From: an uncultured Candidatus Saccharibacteria bacterium
Lineage (GTDB): Bacteria > Patescibacteriota > Minisyncoccia > Phycocordibacterales > JAACPR01
Direction of reading: 5' to 3'
Assembly (NCBI GenBank): GCA_964589635.1
Contig: CAZPRI010000001.1
Location: 1-50,319, forward strand
DNA: 50,319 bases
The number at the start of each line of letters is the position of its first letter. The first letter of the stretch is position 1. Below are positions 27,384 through 35,609 of this stretch, one piece after another. Both the position numbers and the translations under genes were made by a program. The notes beneath the pieces are model-generated. The model was given only the letters and a program-made list of their open reading frames with translations. It did no database searches and was not told the origin of the DNA.

Positions 27384-29939
27384 GTGTGTATTCCTGTATT
27401 CTTAGTGTTGCTATTGGGAACATCTAAACTAAATAATGATTTAAATTCATCATCATTAAGTCTGGTCAATTTTAATCTTTTAGCACAAAATTATATTCAA
27501 AATGCGAATTGTCCTGTAGAGAAGGATTTGACCGAACACATCAATGATGAAATATTTGATAGAACATCTTCTGCTATTCCAGAGTCTTCACCAACAGACC
27601 TATTTATTTCAAGAGGTAATAGTGCGTCCTGGAATGAAGAAATAGGTGGAGTATGGGAAAGAAATCCAAATGTTTTAAAATCTAATAATAAACTATTGGA
27701 TTTCTCTGGGGTCTCACCATGGAATTCAGGTACTGGTTATAACAGAGCAGGAACATTGATAACTCCTAGGCATATTATTTATGCCAATCATTATAATCCA
27801 AGTAAGGGTGAACACCCTATAGAAATAGGAACAAAAATTAATTTTGTGGATATGAACAACTCCATTGTAGAAAGAACATTGGTGGATTCTAGAAAGGTTT
27901 ATGGTACTGATATTCAAGTTGGGTTATTGAATGAAGATGTTCCAGAAAATATACCGTTTTATCCAATATTGGATTCTGGAAACCTAGAAAAGTATCTTGG
28001 AAACAAATCAAAAGATTTATTTTTAATAGCATTAAATCAAGATCATGATGTTATTGTAAGGGAGATTTTACAACCCATTAATTCTGTAAGAATCTCTCAT
28101 AAAATCCCTGTTTCAGATCAACTTAATTTGTTCAGTAAAAACTTAAGGGTAGGAGATTCTGGTAATCCAATGTTTTTTAGTATTAATGGTGATTTAGTGC
28201 TCATTGCTGGGCATGCTAGTAAGGTTGCTGGTCCATCATATTCATTTTATAAAAAAGAGATTCAAGATACTATCAATCAGATGAGTTCAGGGTACACATT
28301 GAAGAATTTTGACCTTTCATGCTTCAGGCCTCATATTGTTTTGTCTGATGAGGCTCCTCTTGTTGTTCCTGAAAAATTTGATGTTGGTGATAATGTTGGT
28401 TCAATAAAAATTAAAAGTGGTTTACAAAGTGGCGGATACGTATTTTCTATATCAAAAGGTAATGAGGACGGACTGTTGTCTATAAATAGTTCAACAGGGA
28501 AAATTGTTGTAGCAAGCAAGATATCTAATCAGTTAAAAAGCTCATCAAGAGAAATAGAAATAAGTGTTAAGTCTGATGTTTTTCCTGACACAGCAGTGTA
28601 TCAATCATACAAAATATATTTTGAGGATTATTTACCAAAATTTTCCGCTCTTATTGAAGATAAAAAGGATGATTCGATTAATTTTGCATGGAGAACAACT
28701 TCTGCAAAACCAAGAACAGTTAGTATCCCTGTAGAGACTAGATATAAACATCATATTTTTAAAAACAGTGTATTTTTGGGGACTGTAGAAAAAAACACTT
28801 TCACAGATCTTGATTTTAAAACTGAAGAACCGTCTAGGTACTTAATATATGTTGAAAGTGATAATGATCTTATTGGTTTTTCTGAAATAATCATTAATCC
28901 TTCAGAAATTAATACTCCTAACAACGCACCTATCCTATCTTCAATAGGAGATCAAGATGTCGTAGAAGAATCAACATTATCTTTAGAAATAGAGGCAACT
29001 GATGCAGATAGAGACACTCTCTCATATTCAGTTGATTCTTTGCCAGAGAATGCCTCATTTAATCCAAATTCAAGAAAATTTATTTTTGAACCAGATCAGA
29101 CTCAAGAAGGACAATACGATATTACCTTTATAGTTTCAGATGGGGAATTGAAAGATGAAGAAGCAATTGTAATCACTGTTACAAATCTAGGAGACTCAAA
29201 GTCTATTGATGACTCAGATAATGATGGAATTTTAGACACACAAGATAAATGTCCAAATACTCCAGCAAATATAAAAACTCACGTGAACAAATTTGGTTGT
29301 CCAAAACCAGTTCATACAAACTTTGATACGGGAACAGATTTGGATGATGTTGACCCGACAGCTTCAATTACAGGCCTTGAATTAGGAGTATCAAACAAAG
29401 GAAAAATTAAATTCCTAGAAGACGTTACGCTTAACACTAGCTCATATATAACAAAAAGAGTTAATCTTGATAATTTGATTAAGATTGAAAAAAATAAGGT
29501 TACAATTGATTCAGATAGTGCGCCACAATTAAATAGAAGAGCAACTATTGAGTTGGAGGGTGTCGAATTTGATACTCCGGTTATAAAGAAGGATGGAAAT
29601 GTGATATTGTGTCCATTTAGAGTCGACGCTTCAGGAGATGAGGATTGTATAATTGAATCATACGATAAATCAACAGGTCTTCTAGTTTTTACAGTTTCAG
29701 GTTTCTCAACATATGAAATTCAAGAAGGGTCAGGTGAAAATGAAACAACTGTTTCAGAAGTTAAACCTACATCAAGTGTAAACACTGATAAAAGAACTAG
29801 TTCTGGAGGAAGGGGAGGTTCCTCATCAAAAGATAGTGGAGAAAAAGAAGTAACACTGATCAATTTTCTAAAAATTCTTTTATTTTTTGGGCTGATCTCT
29901 CAAGATCAAGTAAACTTTATTACAAGCTTATTTATTTAG
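27384..29939 (+). CDS. Large surface protein: trypsin-like serine peptidase-like N-domain, cadherin-like repeat, thrombospondin type-3-like Ca-binding repeat
   Basis: GTG start (the true start may lie upstream). H in TPRHIIYANH, D in GTDIQVGLL, S in GDSGNPMF (Ser codon 28158-28160). Also ATDADRDTLSYSV cadherin-like, DDSDNDGILDTQDKCPNTP TSP3-like, and a hydrophobic C-terminus. Confidence 0.7.
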   Translation: MCIPVFLVLLLGTSKLNNDLNSSSLSLVNFNLLAQNYIQNANCPVEKDLTEHINDEIFDRTSSAIPESSPTDLFISRGNSASWNEEIGGVWERNPNVLKSNNKLLDFSGVSPWNSGTGYNRAGTLITPRHIIYANHYNPSKGEHPIEIGTKINFVDMNNSIVERTLVDSRKVYGTDIQVGLLNEDVPENIPFYPILDSGNLEKYLGNKSKDLFLIALNQDHDVIVREILQPINSVRISHKIPVSDQLNLFSKNLRVGDSGNPMFFSINGDLVLIAGHASKVAGPSYSFYKKEIQDTINQMSSGYTLKNFDLSCFRPHIVLSDEAPLVVPEKFDVGDNVGSIKIKSGLQSGGYVFSISKGNEDGLLSINSSTGKIVVASKISNQLKSSSREIEISVKSDVFPDTAVYQSYKIYFEDYLPKFSALIEDKKDDSINFAWRTTSAKPRTVSIPVETRYKHHIFKNSVFLGTVEKNTFTDLDFKTEEPSRYLIYVESDNDLIGFSEIIINPSEINTPNNAPILSSIGDQDVVEESTLSLEIEATDADRDTLSYSVDSLPENASFNPNSRKFIFEPDQTQEGQYDITFIVSDGELKDEEAIVITVTNLGDSKSIDDSDNDGILDTQDKCPNTPANIKTHVNKFGCPKPVHTNFDTGTDLDDVDPTASITGLELGVSNKGKIKFLEDVTLNTSSYITKRVNLDNLIKIEKNKVTIDSDSAPQLNRRATIELEGVEFDTPVIKKDGNVILCPFRVDASGDEDCIIESYDKSTGLLVFTVSGFSTYEIQEGSGENETTVSEVKPTSSVNTDKRTSSGGRGGSSSKDSGEKEVTLINFLKILLFFGLISQDQVNFITSLFI

Positions 29940-30040
29940 AAAAAGGAGTCTGATTAGGTAAGCGATCTAGATTTTTATTTTGTTTTTTAAAAGTATATTC
30001 TTCATGACCAAAAACTAAAATTTCTGTTAATATTACTAAT

Positions 30041-30631
30041 ATGAATAAAGAAACGTATATTTTCATCTCTAGGTCAGGAGGAGGAAAGGGTACTCAAGTT
30101 GCATTATTAGAAGAATATATAAAAGAAAAAGACTATAGCCCTGTATTCCATATGGAGGCAGGAGACAGGTTTAGAGAGTTTATTTCACATAACACCTATT
30201 CCAGCAATTTAGCAAAGGAAATGACTAATTCTGGCGAATTATTGCCATCTTTCCTGGCAGTTTGGGCTTGGACCACTGAATTAATTACAGGTGTAAAGGA
30301 AAACCAAATATTGATTATTGATGGCACACCAAGACAGCTAGATGAGGCAATTATTTTAGATGAAGCTTTGAAATTTTACGGAAGAAATAAGGTTAAAGTT
30401 GTTGTAATTGATGTTTCAAGAGAATGGTCAATTGAAAGAATGAAGGAAAGAAAAAGGGCTGACGATAGAACTTTTGAATCTAGAAAGAAGAGATTAGATT
30501 GGTTTGAGGCTGATGTAGTAAAGGTTCTAGATTATTTTGAAGAAAGTCCTGATTATGAAGTTATAAAGGTTAATGGGGAACAGTCTATCAAAAAAGTTCA
30601 TGATGAGATTTTAGAGAAATTAAAAATATAA
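30041..30631 (+). CDS. adk: Adenylate kinase-like nucleotide kinase
   Basis: SRSGGGKGTQ P-loop; 196 aa; lies between secY and map as in spc-operon tails. Confidence 0.75.
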   Translation: MNKETYIFISRSGGGKGTQVALLEEYIKEKDYSPVFHMEAGDRFREFISHNTYSSNLAKEMTNSGELLPSFLAVWAWTTELITGVKENQILIIDGTPRQLDEAIILDEALKFYGRNKVKVVVIDVSREWSIERMKERKRADDRTFESRKKRLDWFEADVVKVLDYFEESPDYEVIKVNGEQSIKKVHDEILEKLKI

Positions 30632-31398
30632 TGATTCAATTAAAGACAAAAGAAGATATAGAAATATTGAAAGTCGCAGGAAAGCATCTTGCAGACATAA
30701 TGAGACAATCAGAGAAATTTGCAAAACCTGGAGTGTCTGTTGATGTTGTAGACGATTTCTTTATGGAAGAGATAAAGAAACTTGGAGATAAGCCTGCTTT
30801 TTTAAACTATAAACCATACGGAGCAAAGAGGCCTTTCCCTGCTTCTCTATGTGTTTGCGTGAACAATGAAATAGTTCATGGAATTCCAAATGAGGACCCT
30901 GTTGTTTTAAAAGAAGGAGACATTGTTACTTTTGATGCTGGTTTAATTCACAAAGGAATGATTGTAGATCATGCCGTTACATATGCAGTTGGAGAAATTT
31001 CAAAAGAAGCTAGGAAACTTTTAAATGTCACAAAGGATGCCTTGATGGCTGGAATAAAAGAGGCGGTGATTGGAAATAGAATAGGTGATATTTCTGCAAA
31101 AATTCAATCAATTGCCGAAAAAAATGGTTTAGGAATTATTGAAGGATTAGCAGGTCATGGAGTTGGTTTCGAAATTCATGAAGATCCATACGTTCCAAAT
31201 GAAGGTGAAAAAAGGACTGGAGAATTAATCGAGGAAGGTCTAGTTATTGCAATAGAGCCAATGTTCTCTACTGGTTCTTCAGAGATAAAATTAGCAAAAG
31301 ATGGGTATACATATTTGACAGGAGATGGAAGCCTTTCAGCACAATTTGAACATACTATCGCTGTAACAAAAGATGGTCCGGTTATTTTGACAAAGTAG
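30631..31398 (+). CDS. map: Methionine aminopeptidase, type I
   Basis: HGIP, FDAG...DHAVT, GHGVGFEIHE and IEPM metal-ligand pattern. Confidence 0.93.
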   Translation: MIQLKTKEDIEILKVAGKHLADIMRQSEKFAKPGVSVDVVDDFFMEEIKKLGDKPAFLNYKPYGAKRPFPASLCVCVNNEIVHGIPNEDPVVLKEGDIVTFDAGLIHKGMIVDHAVTYAVGEISKEARKLLNVTKDALMAGIKEAVIGNRIGDISAKIQSIAEKNGLGIIEGLAGHGVGFEIHEDPYVPNEGEKRTGELIEEGLVIAIEPMFSTGSSEIKLAKDGYTYLTGDGSLSAQFEHTIAVTKDGPVILTK

Positions 31399-31450
31399 GG
31401 AAAATATGTAATATGATGAAGTATAAAGATCTTTAAAATAAGTTTGTATT

Positions 31451-31502
31451 TAGTCATAGCTTTAAGTTTCTCATTCAATTTAGAGGTTTAAAGCTATGAC
31501 TA
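31451..31502. repeat. Perfect 15-bp inverted repeat (hairpin) downstream of map
   Basis: TAGTCATAGCTTTAA (31451-31465) and TTAAAGCTATGACTA (31488-31502) with a 22-nt loop and no T-run. Confidence 0.9.
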
Positions 31503-31561
31503 AGCGGTTATAGTATTCGTCCCGAAGCAGTTGCGAATAAACTCCAAACAAAAACAAGACA

Positions 31562-31852
31562 ATGTCTACAAAAAGAGATGGAAAGATAGTTAATATTATT
31601 CAGAATCTTATGCGAACACCAGCGTCCCGGTTAGGTGCGTTACTCGATCTTACAAACAAGTTAAAGGATCGAAACAGGGTTGGTATTGATACATACATTC
31701 TTTTGTGCGAATTGAACAGGGGGAGTGTTGAGGTAAAAAACCAAAACTTATCAAATGGCTCGGTGTCATCAAAACCTCTGTCACAACGGAGAAATTCGTT
31801 GCTAAAGAGAAATTCCTTGAAGATTCCAGAGAGGTCATATTCAGCGGTTTAG
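31562..31852 (+). CDS. Hypothetical 96-aa basic protein (foreign-looking composition)
   Basis: ORF track. Visibly more G/C-ending and CGN/CTN codons than its neighbours; no known domain. Confidence 0.4.
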   Translation: MSTKRDGKIVNIIQNLMRTPASRLGALLDLTNKLKDRNRVGIDTYILLCELNRGSVEVKNQNLSNGSVSSKPLSQRRNSLLKRNSLKIPERSYSAV

Positions 31853-31879
31853 ATTGGAGCTTTAAAGGAGACTTTCTTG

Positions 31880-32233
31880 ATGAAGATCAAAAAGTCGAAG
31901 ATCACCCTTGGTGAACAAACTATTCTTTATGGAAGCATTGGAAAGAATATTGCTAATGTTTCTATCGTTGAGGAATTGATTTACGAAGCGAAAGTTGAAA
32001 CTACTCTCATGGATCTTTGGGATCTGCTCAAAAAAAAGAACAAAGGGCAGGAGGACGTACTGCTAAATAATGGTTATTCAAACGTCTTCTTCATTCGACA
32101 TACTTTCGGTGCTCTGCGTATTGTGCAGGCGAGATGGATAGATGAAGGTTGGTACTTAATGTATCACTCCATTAATAACCTTGGAGATTGTATTCCTGAT
32201 TATGGTGACTGCGTCTTCTGTCGCAATTCTTGA
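31880..32233 (+). CDS. Hypothetical 117-aa protein with Cys-rich C-terminus
   Basis: AAAGGAG SD (31864-31870) 9 nt upstream of ATG 31880. C-terminus DCIPDYGDCVFC, TGA stop, strong terminator follows. Confidence 0.55.
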   Translation: MKIKKSKITLGEQTILYGSIGKNIANVSIVEELIYEAKVETTLMDLWDLLKKKNKGQEDVLLNNGYSNVFFIRHTFGALRIVQARWIDEGWYLMYHSINNLGDCIPDYGDCVFCRNS

Positions 32234-32240
32234 AACTTTA

Positions 32241-32274
32241 AACCCGATTCGCTTACGCGAATCGGGTTTTTTCT
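32241..32274 (+). terminator. Rho-independent terminator of the two-gene cassette
   Basis: AACCCGATTCGC-TTAC-GCGAATCGGGTT followed by TTTTT. Confidence 0.85.
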
Positions 32275-32336
32275 TTATGTCTTGGTTTCTCAGTACCCGC
32301 AGGGCATAAATATATTTCAGGTTGTAAATCTATTTT

Positions 32337-32450
32337 GGAAACCCAGTCCTTAAAAGATATTTCTTACAGAAAACGTGGGTCCCCGGGTTAAACCCGAGGA
32401 TGACGTTTACTGTGTTGTAGGATAACGGTGGTTTTTGTAGGATGACAGTA
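32337..32450. repeat. GTCATYC-hairpin element, copy 3 (reverse orientation, distal arm truncated, tandem half-sites)
   Basis: The reverse complement of 32375-32405 is CGTCATCCTCGGGTTTAACCCGGGGACCCAC, near-identical to 17621-17650. GGATAACGG (32420) and GGATGACAG (32440) are half-sites; the spacer is homologous to copy 2. Confidence 0.75.
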
Positions 32451-32567
32451 GTTTTTTGGAGTTTGGAATGATGCAAGTAGAGACAATGATATTCGCAAGA
32501 TTGAACCTTGCGAATGGTATGCAATAGACTTAGAATACCTTCATTACTATTTACTTTTTATATAAAA

Positions 32568-33164
32568 ATGAAAAAAGAAAGAACTTTAGTCGTGGTAAAA
32601 CCGGACGGTGTGCAGAGGTCATTGATAGGAGAAGTAATAGGAAGACTTGAAAGGGTTGGGTTAAAACTTGTAGCCTCAAAATTTATAGTTGCAGATTTGG
32701 ATATGGTAGAAAAGCACTACACTGTTGATCCTGATTGGAAGAAGAAGGTAGGAACAAAATCACTTGAATCATATAAAAAAACAGATAAAGAGGCTCCTTT
32801 TTCTGATCCTGTAGAAATGGGAGACTTTGTTTTAAATAAATTGAAAAAATATATTTCATCAGGACCTGTAATGGCAATGGTCTGGGAAGGTGCGCATAGT
32901 GTTGGGGTTGTTAGAAAAATTGTTGGAGGAACAGAGCCTCTGACTTCTGATGTTGGAACAATACGGGGGGATTATGTTCATGATTCATATGATTTATCAG
33001 ATGTTGATGGAAGGTCTGTGAGAAACGTTGTCCATGCTTCAGGTTCTCCTGAAGAAGCAGGTGTCGAAATCAAGATTTGGTTTGAAGAAAAAGAACTAAT
33101 TGATTATAGGCTGGTTCAAGAAGCTATTTTATATGATGTGAATTTAGATGGGATATTAGAATAA
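32568..33164 (+). CDS. ndk: Nucleoside diphosphate kinase (long form with internal insertion)
   Basis: ERTLVVVKPDGVQRSLIGEVIGRLE and NVVHASGSPEEA active-site region. The track start at 32508 runs into the repeat element and was trimmed to ATG 32568. Confidence 0.9.
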   Translation: MKKERTLVVVKPDGVQRSLIGEVIGRLERVGLKLVASKFIVADLDMVEKHYTVDPDWKKKVGTKSLESYKKTDKEAPFSDPVEMGDFVLNKLKKYISSGPVMAMVWEGAHSVGVVRKIVGGTEPLTSDVGTIRGDYVHDSYDLSDVDGRSVRNVVHASGSPEEAGVEIKIWFEEKELIDYRLVQEAILYDVNLDGILE

Positions 33165-33228
33165 GCTTGCAAAATAAGGGTCTATGATTTCGGCTTTTTC
33201 TTACAAAAAATAGAGGTATAATAGAGTA

Positions 33229-33348
33229 GGGATCAGAAGAAAATATCTAGATCTTTCAAAATATAAGGGCAGGCTTACATCGGTGAATATTTAGGTATTT
33301 ATCCTGCGGCCGCCCACCTAGCATCAGCTAGGTATCACTTCTGATCTC
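33229..33348 (+). ncRNA. Candidate structured small RNA or cis-leader (family unknown)
   Basis: TATAAT at 33217-33222. An 11-bp closing helix pairs GGGATCAGAAG (33229-33239) with CTTCTGATCTC (33338-33348). Inner hairpin ACCTAGC-ATCA-GCTAGGT; its own terminator follows. Confidence 0.25.
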
Positions 33349-33386
33349 AATAGAAAAACCGGCCATTATGGCCGGTTTTTCTATTG
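33349..33386 (+). terminator. Rho-independent terminator / long perfect palindrome
   Basis: AATAGAAAAACCGGCCA-TTA-TGGCCGGTTTTTCTATT. Confidence 0.75.
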
Positions 33387-33409
33387 AATGGAAGTGCTAT
33401 AATCATTTC

Positions 33410-33796
33410 ATGAGATTAATCTTGGTAAAAGAAATAGTATCCATAGGAATAACTGTTTCATTGTTTCATTTTTTTGCATTGAAGCTTTTTTTGTACTGGA
33501 CCACAGACTGGTTCGATATTTTGATGCATTTTTTAGGAGGAGCGCTTATTGGTCTTATTGTAATTTCTTTTATACAGAGACTGCATAATGGAAAAGAAGT
33601 TTTAAATAAGAGACTGTTGTCTATTTCTGTTATATTAGCGGTTGTAGCAATAGGTTTAAGTTGGGAATTGTGGGAATTATTTGTAGGTTTTACAGATGTT
33701 TTGAGTGACAGGACGGATACAATCATAGACTTAATAATGGATTTGATAGGAGGAACATCAGCAATTATTTATTACTATTTTAAGCATACTAATTAA
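33410..33796 (+). CDS. Small polytopic membrane protein
   Basis: About 4 TM segments. Start moved to ATG 33410 because the track start at 33368 lies inside the terminator loop. Confidence 0.6.
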   Translation: MRLILVKEIVSIGITVSLFHFFALKLFLYWTTDWFDILMHFLGGALIGLIVISFIQRLHNGKEVLNKRLLSISVILAVVAIGLSWELWELFVGFTDVLSDRTDTIIDLIMDLIGGTSAIIYYYFKHTN

Positions 33797-34409
33797 TGAA
33801 GACTCTTGAAAGAAAATTAATGAATTTTCTTTTTATGAGAGGGAGAAGAAGGGTGGAAAATATATTTCAAATAAGTGTGGTAGAGATTTCCTGTATTACG
33901 CGCTAAATTTTTATCTACCTGAAAAGTTTAATTCAGATAATAATCCTCAGATATTTGAAAAAGAAATTGGGATACCTGTAAAAGATTATCTTGCTTGGAT
34001 CCAAATACAATTTTCAAGAATAGGAACCTTTCTATCAAAAAATAATGTAACACTGATCATAAATGGATCGAGCATAAAGTATTTCCGTGATTTCGTACTC
34101 GCTATACTTTTTACTAGAAAAAAGTATGAAGATGCAATAAAGGAGGTAGAATTTTGTATCGATTCGAATATTTCAGTTGGTATTGATATCTCAGTCTCAA
34201 AATGGATGTTTGGGCTGTTGGACCATGTAATGTTTGTGTATGGGTATGATAATAACAATCTTTACGTATTTGATACTCATTTTGTGGAGGGTATAGGTTA
34301 TGAGAGGACAAATCTAGGCGAGTTTGTGTTTAAATTACCAAAACAAAAAGTGAAGGAAAGGTGGACTAGATTTGGCAGGGTGTGGAATGTGGATAATATT
34401 ATAAATTAA
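33796..34409 (+). pseudogene. Papain-like (C39/BtrH-like) cysteine peptidase, interrupted by a 1-nt frameshift
   Basis: ATG 33796 opens frame 1 (MKTLERK...), which stops at 33904. Frame 0 is open 33810-34409 with no start codon before 34206. It carries NKCGRDFLYYAL (Cys 33876-33878) and LLDHVMFVYGYD (His 34224-34226). The frames join at the A4 run 33813-33816. Confidence 0.65.
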
Positions 34410-34442
34410 AAATAGCGGCGACCGAAGGTCGCCGCTATTTTT
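34408..34442. terminator. Bidirectional terminator (peptidase gene / rplT)
   Basis: AAAAATAGCGGCGACC-GAA-GGTCGCCGCTATTTTT. Confidence 0.85.
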
Positions 34443-34451
34443 AATAAACTA

Positions 34452-34796
34452 CTATTTTATTTCTCCTATGATTCTTTCAAAACTTTCTGGTTTGTCTTTT
34501 GCAATTTCTGACAAAACTTTTCTATTAACTCCAATTTCTTTTTTAGCCATTACATCAATAAATTTTGAGTAAGAGAAACCAAGTGGTCGAAGAGCAGCAT
34601 TTAATCTTGTGATCCACAATCTTCTAAAGTCTCCCTTTTTCTTTCTTCTGTCTCGAAGAGCATTTCTTCCTGCGTGCTTAATAGCCTCGTTAGCAAGCTT
34701 TTCTTTAGTTGATCGGCCAAATCTATAACCCTTAACCATTTTAAGCTTATTTCTTCTTGTCTTATTTGCATTTACTCCTTTTTTTACTCTTGTCAT
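34452..34796 (-). CDS. rplT: 50S ribosomal protein L20
   Basis: MTRVKKGVNANKTRRNKLKMVKGYRFGRS is typical of L20. Confidence 0.95.
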   Translation of the reverse strand: MTRVKKGVNANKTRRNKLKMVKGYRFGRSTKEKLANEAIKHAGRNALRDRRKKKGDFRRLWITRLNAALRPLGFSYSKFIDVMAKKEIGVNRKVLSEIAKDKPESFERIIGEIK

Positions 34797-34799
34797 ATT

Positions 34800-34985
34800 T
34801 TATTTGTTAGGTAAAAATCTCCCTCTAATCTTGTTTGTAAGTTTTATTTCGACCATTCTCTTCTTTCCTAGTCTAGTAGTTCCAGACTCTTTTGCATTAA
34901 AATGGTTCTGACCAGTTTTTCTGGCAAGAACTTTCCCGTTTTTCGTAATCTTTAGTCTTTTTGTATATGATTTGTTTGTTTTCAT
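34800..34985 (-). CDS. rpmI: 50S ribosomal protein L35
   Basis: 61 aa, basic, between infC and rplT. Confidence 0.9.
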   Translation of the reverse strand: MKTNKSYTKRLKITKNGKVLARKTGQNHFNAKESGTTRLGKKRMVEIKLTNKIRGRFLPNK

Positions 34986-35521
34986 TTTGACTTTTCTATT
35001 ATCATTGTTAGTCCTTTCGGACTTTTTTTAGCTTCTTCTGCTATTTTAAAATCTTCAGAAATTAATTTAAGAATTCTATCTAATCTACCACGTAGAAAAT
35101 CTTTATCAAGGTATTTAGACCTTCCTGGAAGGAATAACTCAGCTTTTACTCTATGACCCTCTTTAAGCCATTCTGAGGCCCTTTTAGCCTTTATCTTAAG
35201 ATCATTTTCGCTCGTAGCTAATTTTACCTGCACACTCTTTACTTCGACGTTGTGTGCTTTGGCCTTTTGAGCTTTTTGCTTCTTTTTTTCATCGTACTGA
35301 AATTTACCATAATCCATGATTTTCGCAACTGGTGGCTTTGCTGCAGGCGATATCATTATTAGGTCCATACCCATCTCAGAAGCCTTTTCCAGTGCCTCAT
35401 CTTTTGAAAGTACTCCGAAATTGTCTCCAGTATCAGAAATAACTCGCATTTCTTTTGATCTGATCATTTCATTAACTGCTATAAATTTTTTATGTGACAA
35501 TTTCTTATTTGTTAAACTCAT
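34982..35521 (-). CDS. infC: Translation initiation factor IF-3
   Basis: INEMIRSKEMRVISDTGDNFGVLS and MDLIMISPAAKPPVAKIMDYGKFQY. Confidence 0.93.
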   Translation of the reverse strand: MSLTNKKLSHKKFIAVNEMIRSKEMRVISDTGDNFGVLSKDEALEKASEMGMDLIMISPAAKPPVAKIMDYGKFQYDEKKKQKAQKAKAHNVEVKSVQVKLATSENDLKIKAKRASEWLKEGHRVKAELFLPGRSKYLDKDFLRGRLDRILKLISEDFKIAEEAKKSPKGLTMIIEKSK

Positions 35522-35559
35522 AAGTGTTAAAGGAATATAACATAAAATAGGTCAAGAGT

Positions 35560-35601
35560 AAATAGAAAAGCGGCCACGTTTGACGTGGCCGCTTTTCTAT
35601 T
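35560..35601. terminator. Bidirectional GC-clamp hairpin
   Basis: AAATAGAAAAGCGGCCACGT-TTGA-CGTGGCCGCTTTTCTATTT. Confidence 0.8.
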
Positions 35602-35609
35602 TAGTTGAA

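Noticed and set aside
31176-31478. 100-aa minus-strand ORF overlapping the map 3' end
   Set aside because: It is mostly antisense to the well-supported map gene. The remainder runs into the 15-bp inverted repeat.
32330-32524. 64-aa minus-strand ORF
   Set aside because: It consists almost entirely of the GTCATYC repeat element and the hairpin before ndk, so it is a repeat translation artefact.
33229-33348. Identification of the candidate RNA as SRP (4.5S) RNA or a fluoride/guanidine riboswitch
   Set aside because: I could not find the SRP domain IV signature (GGAA tetraloop with AGCA/AGG loops) or the conserved cores of those riboswitches. It stays an unclassified candidate.
33986-34311. Minus-strand ORFs 33986-34258 and 34114-34311
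   Set aside because: They are antisense to the 200-codon open frame that carries clear papain-like Cys/His motifs.
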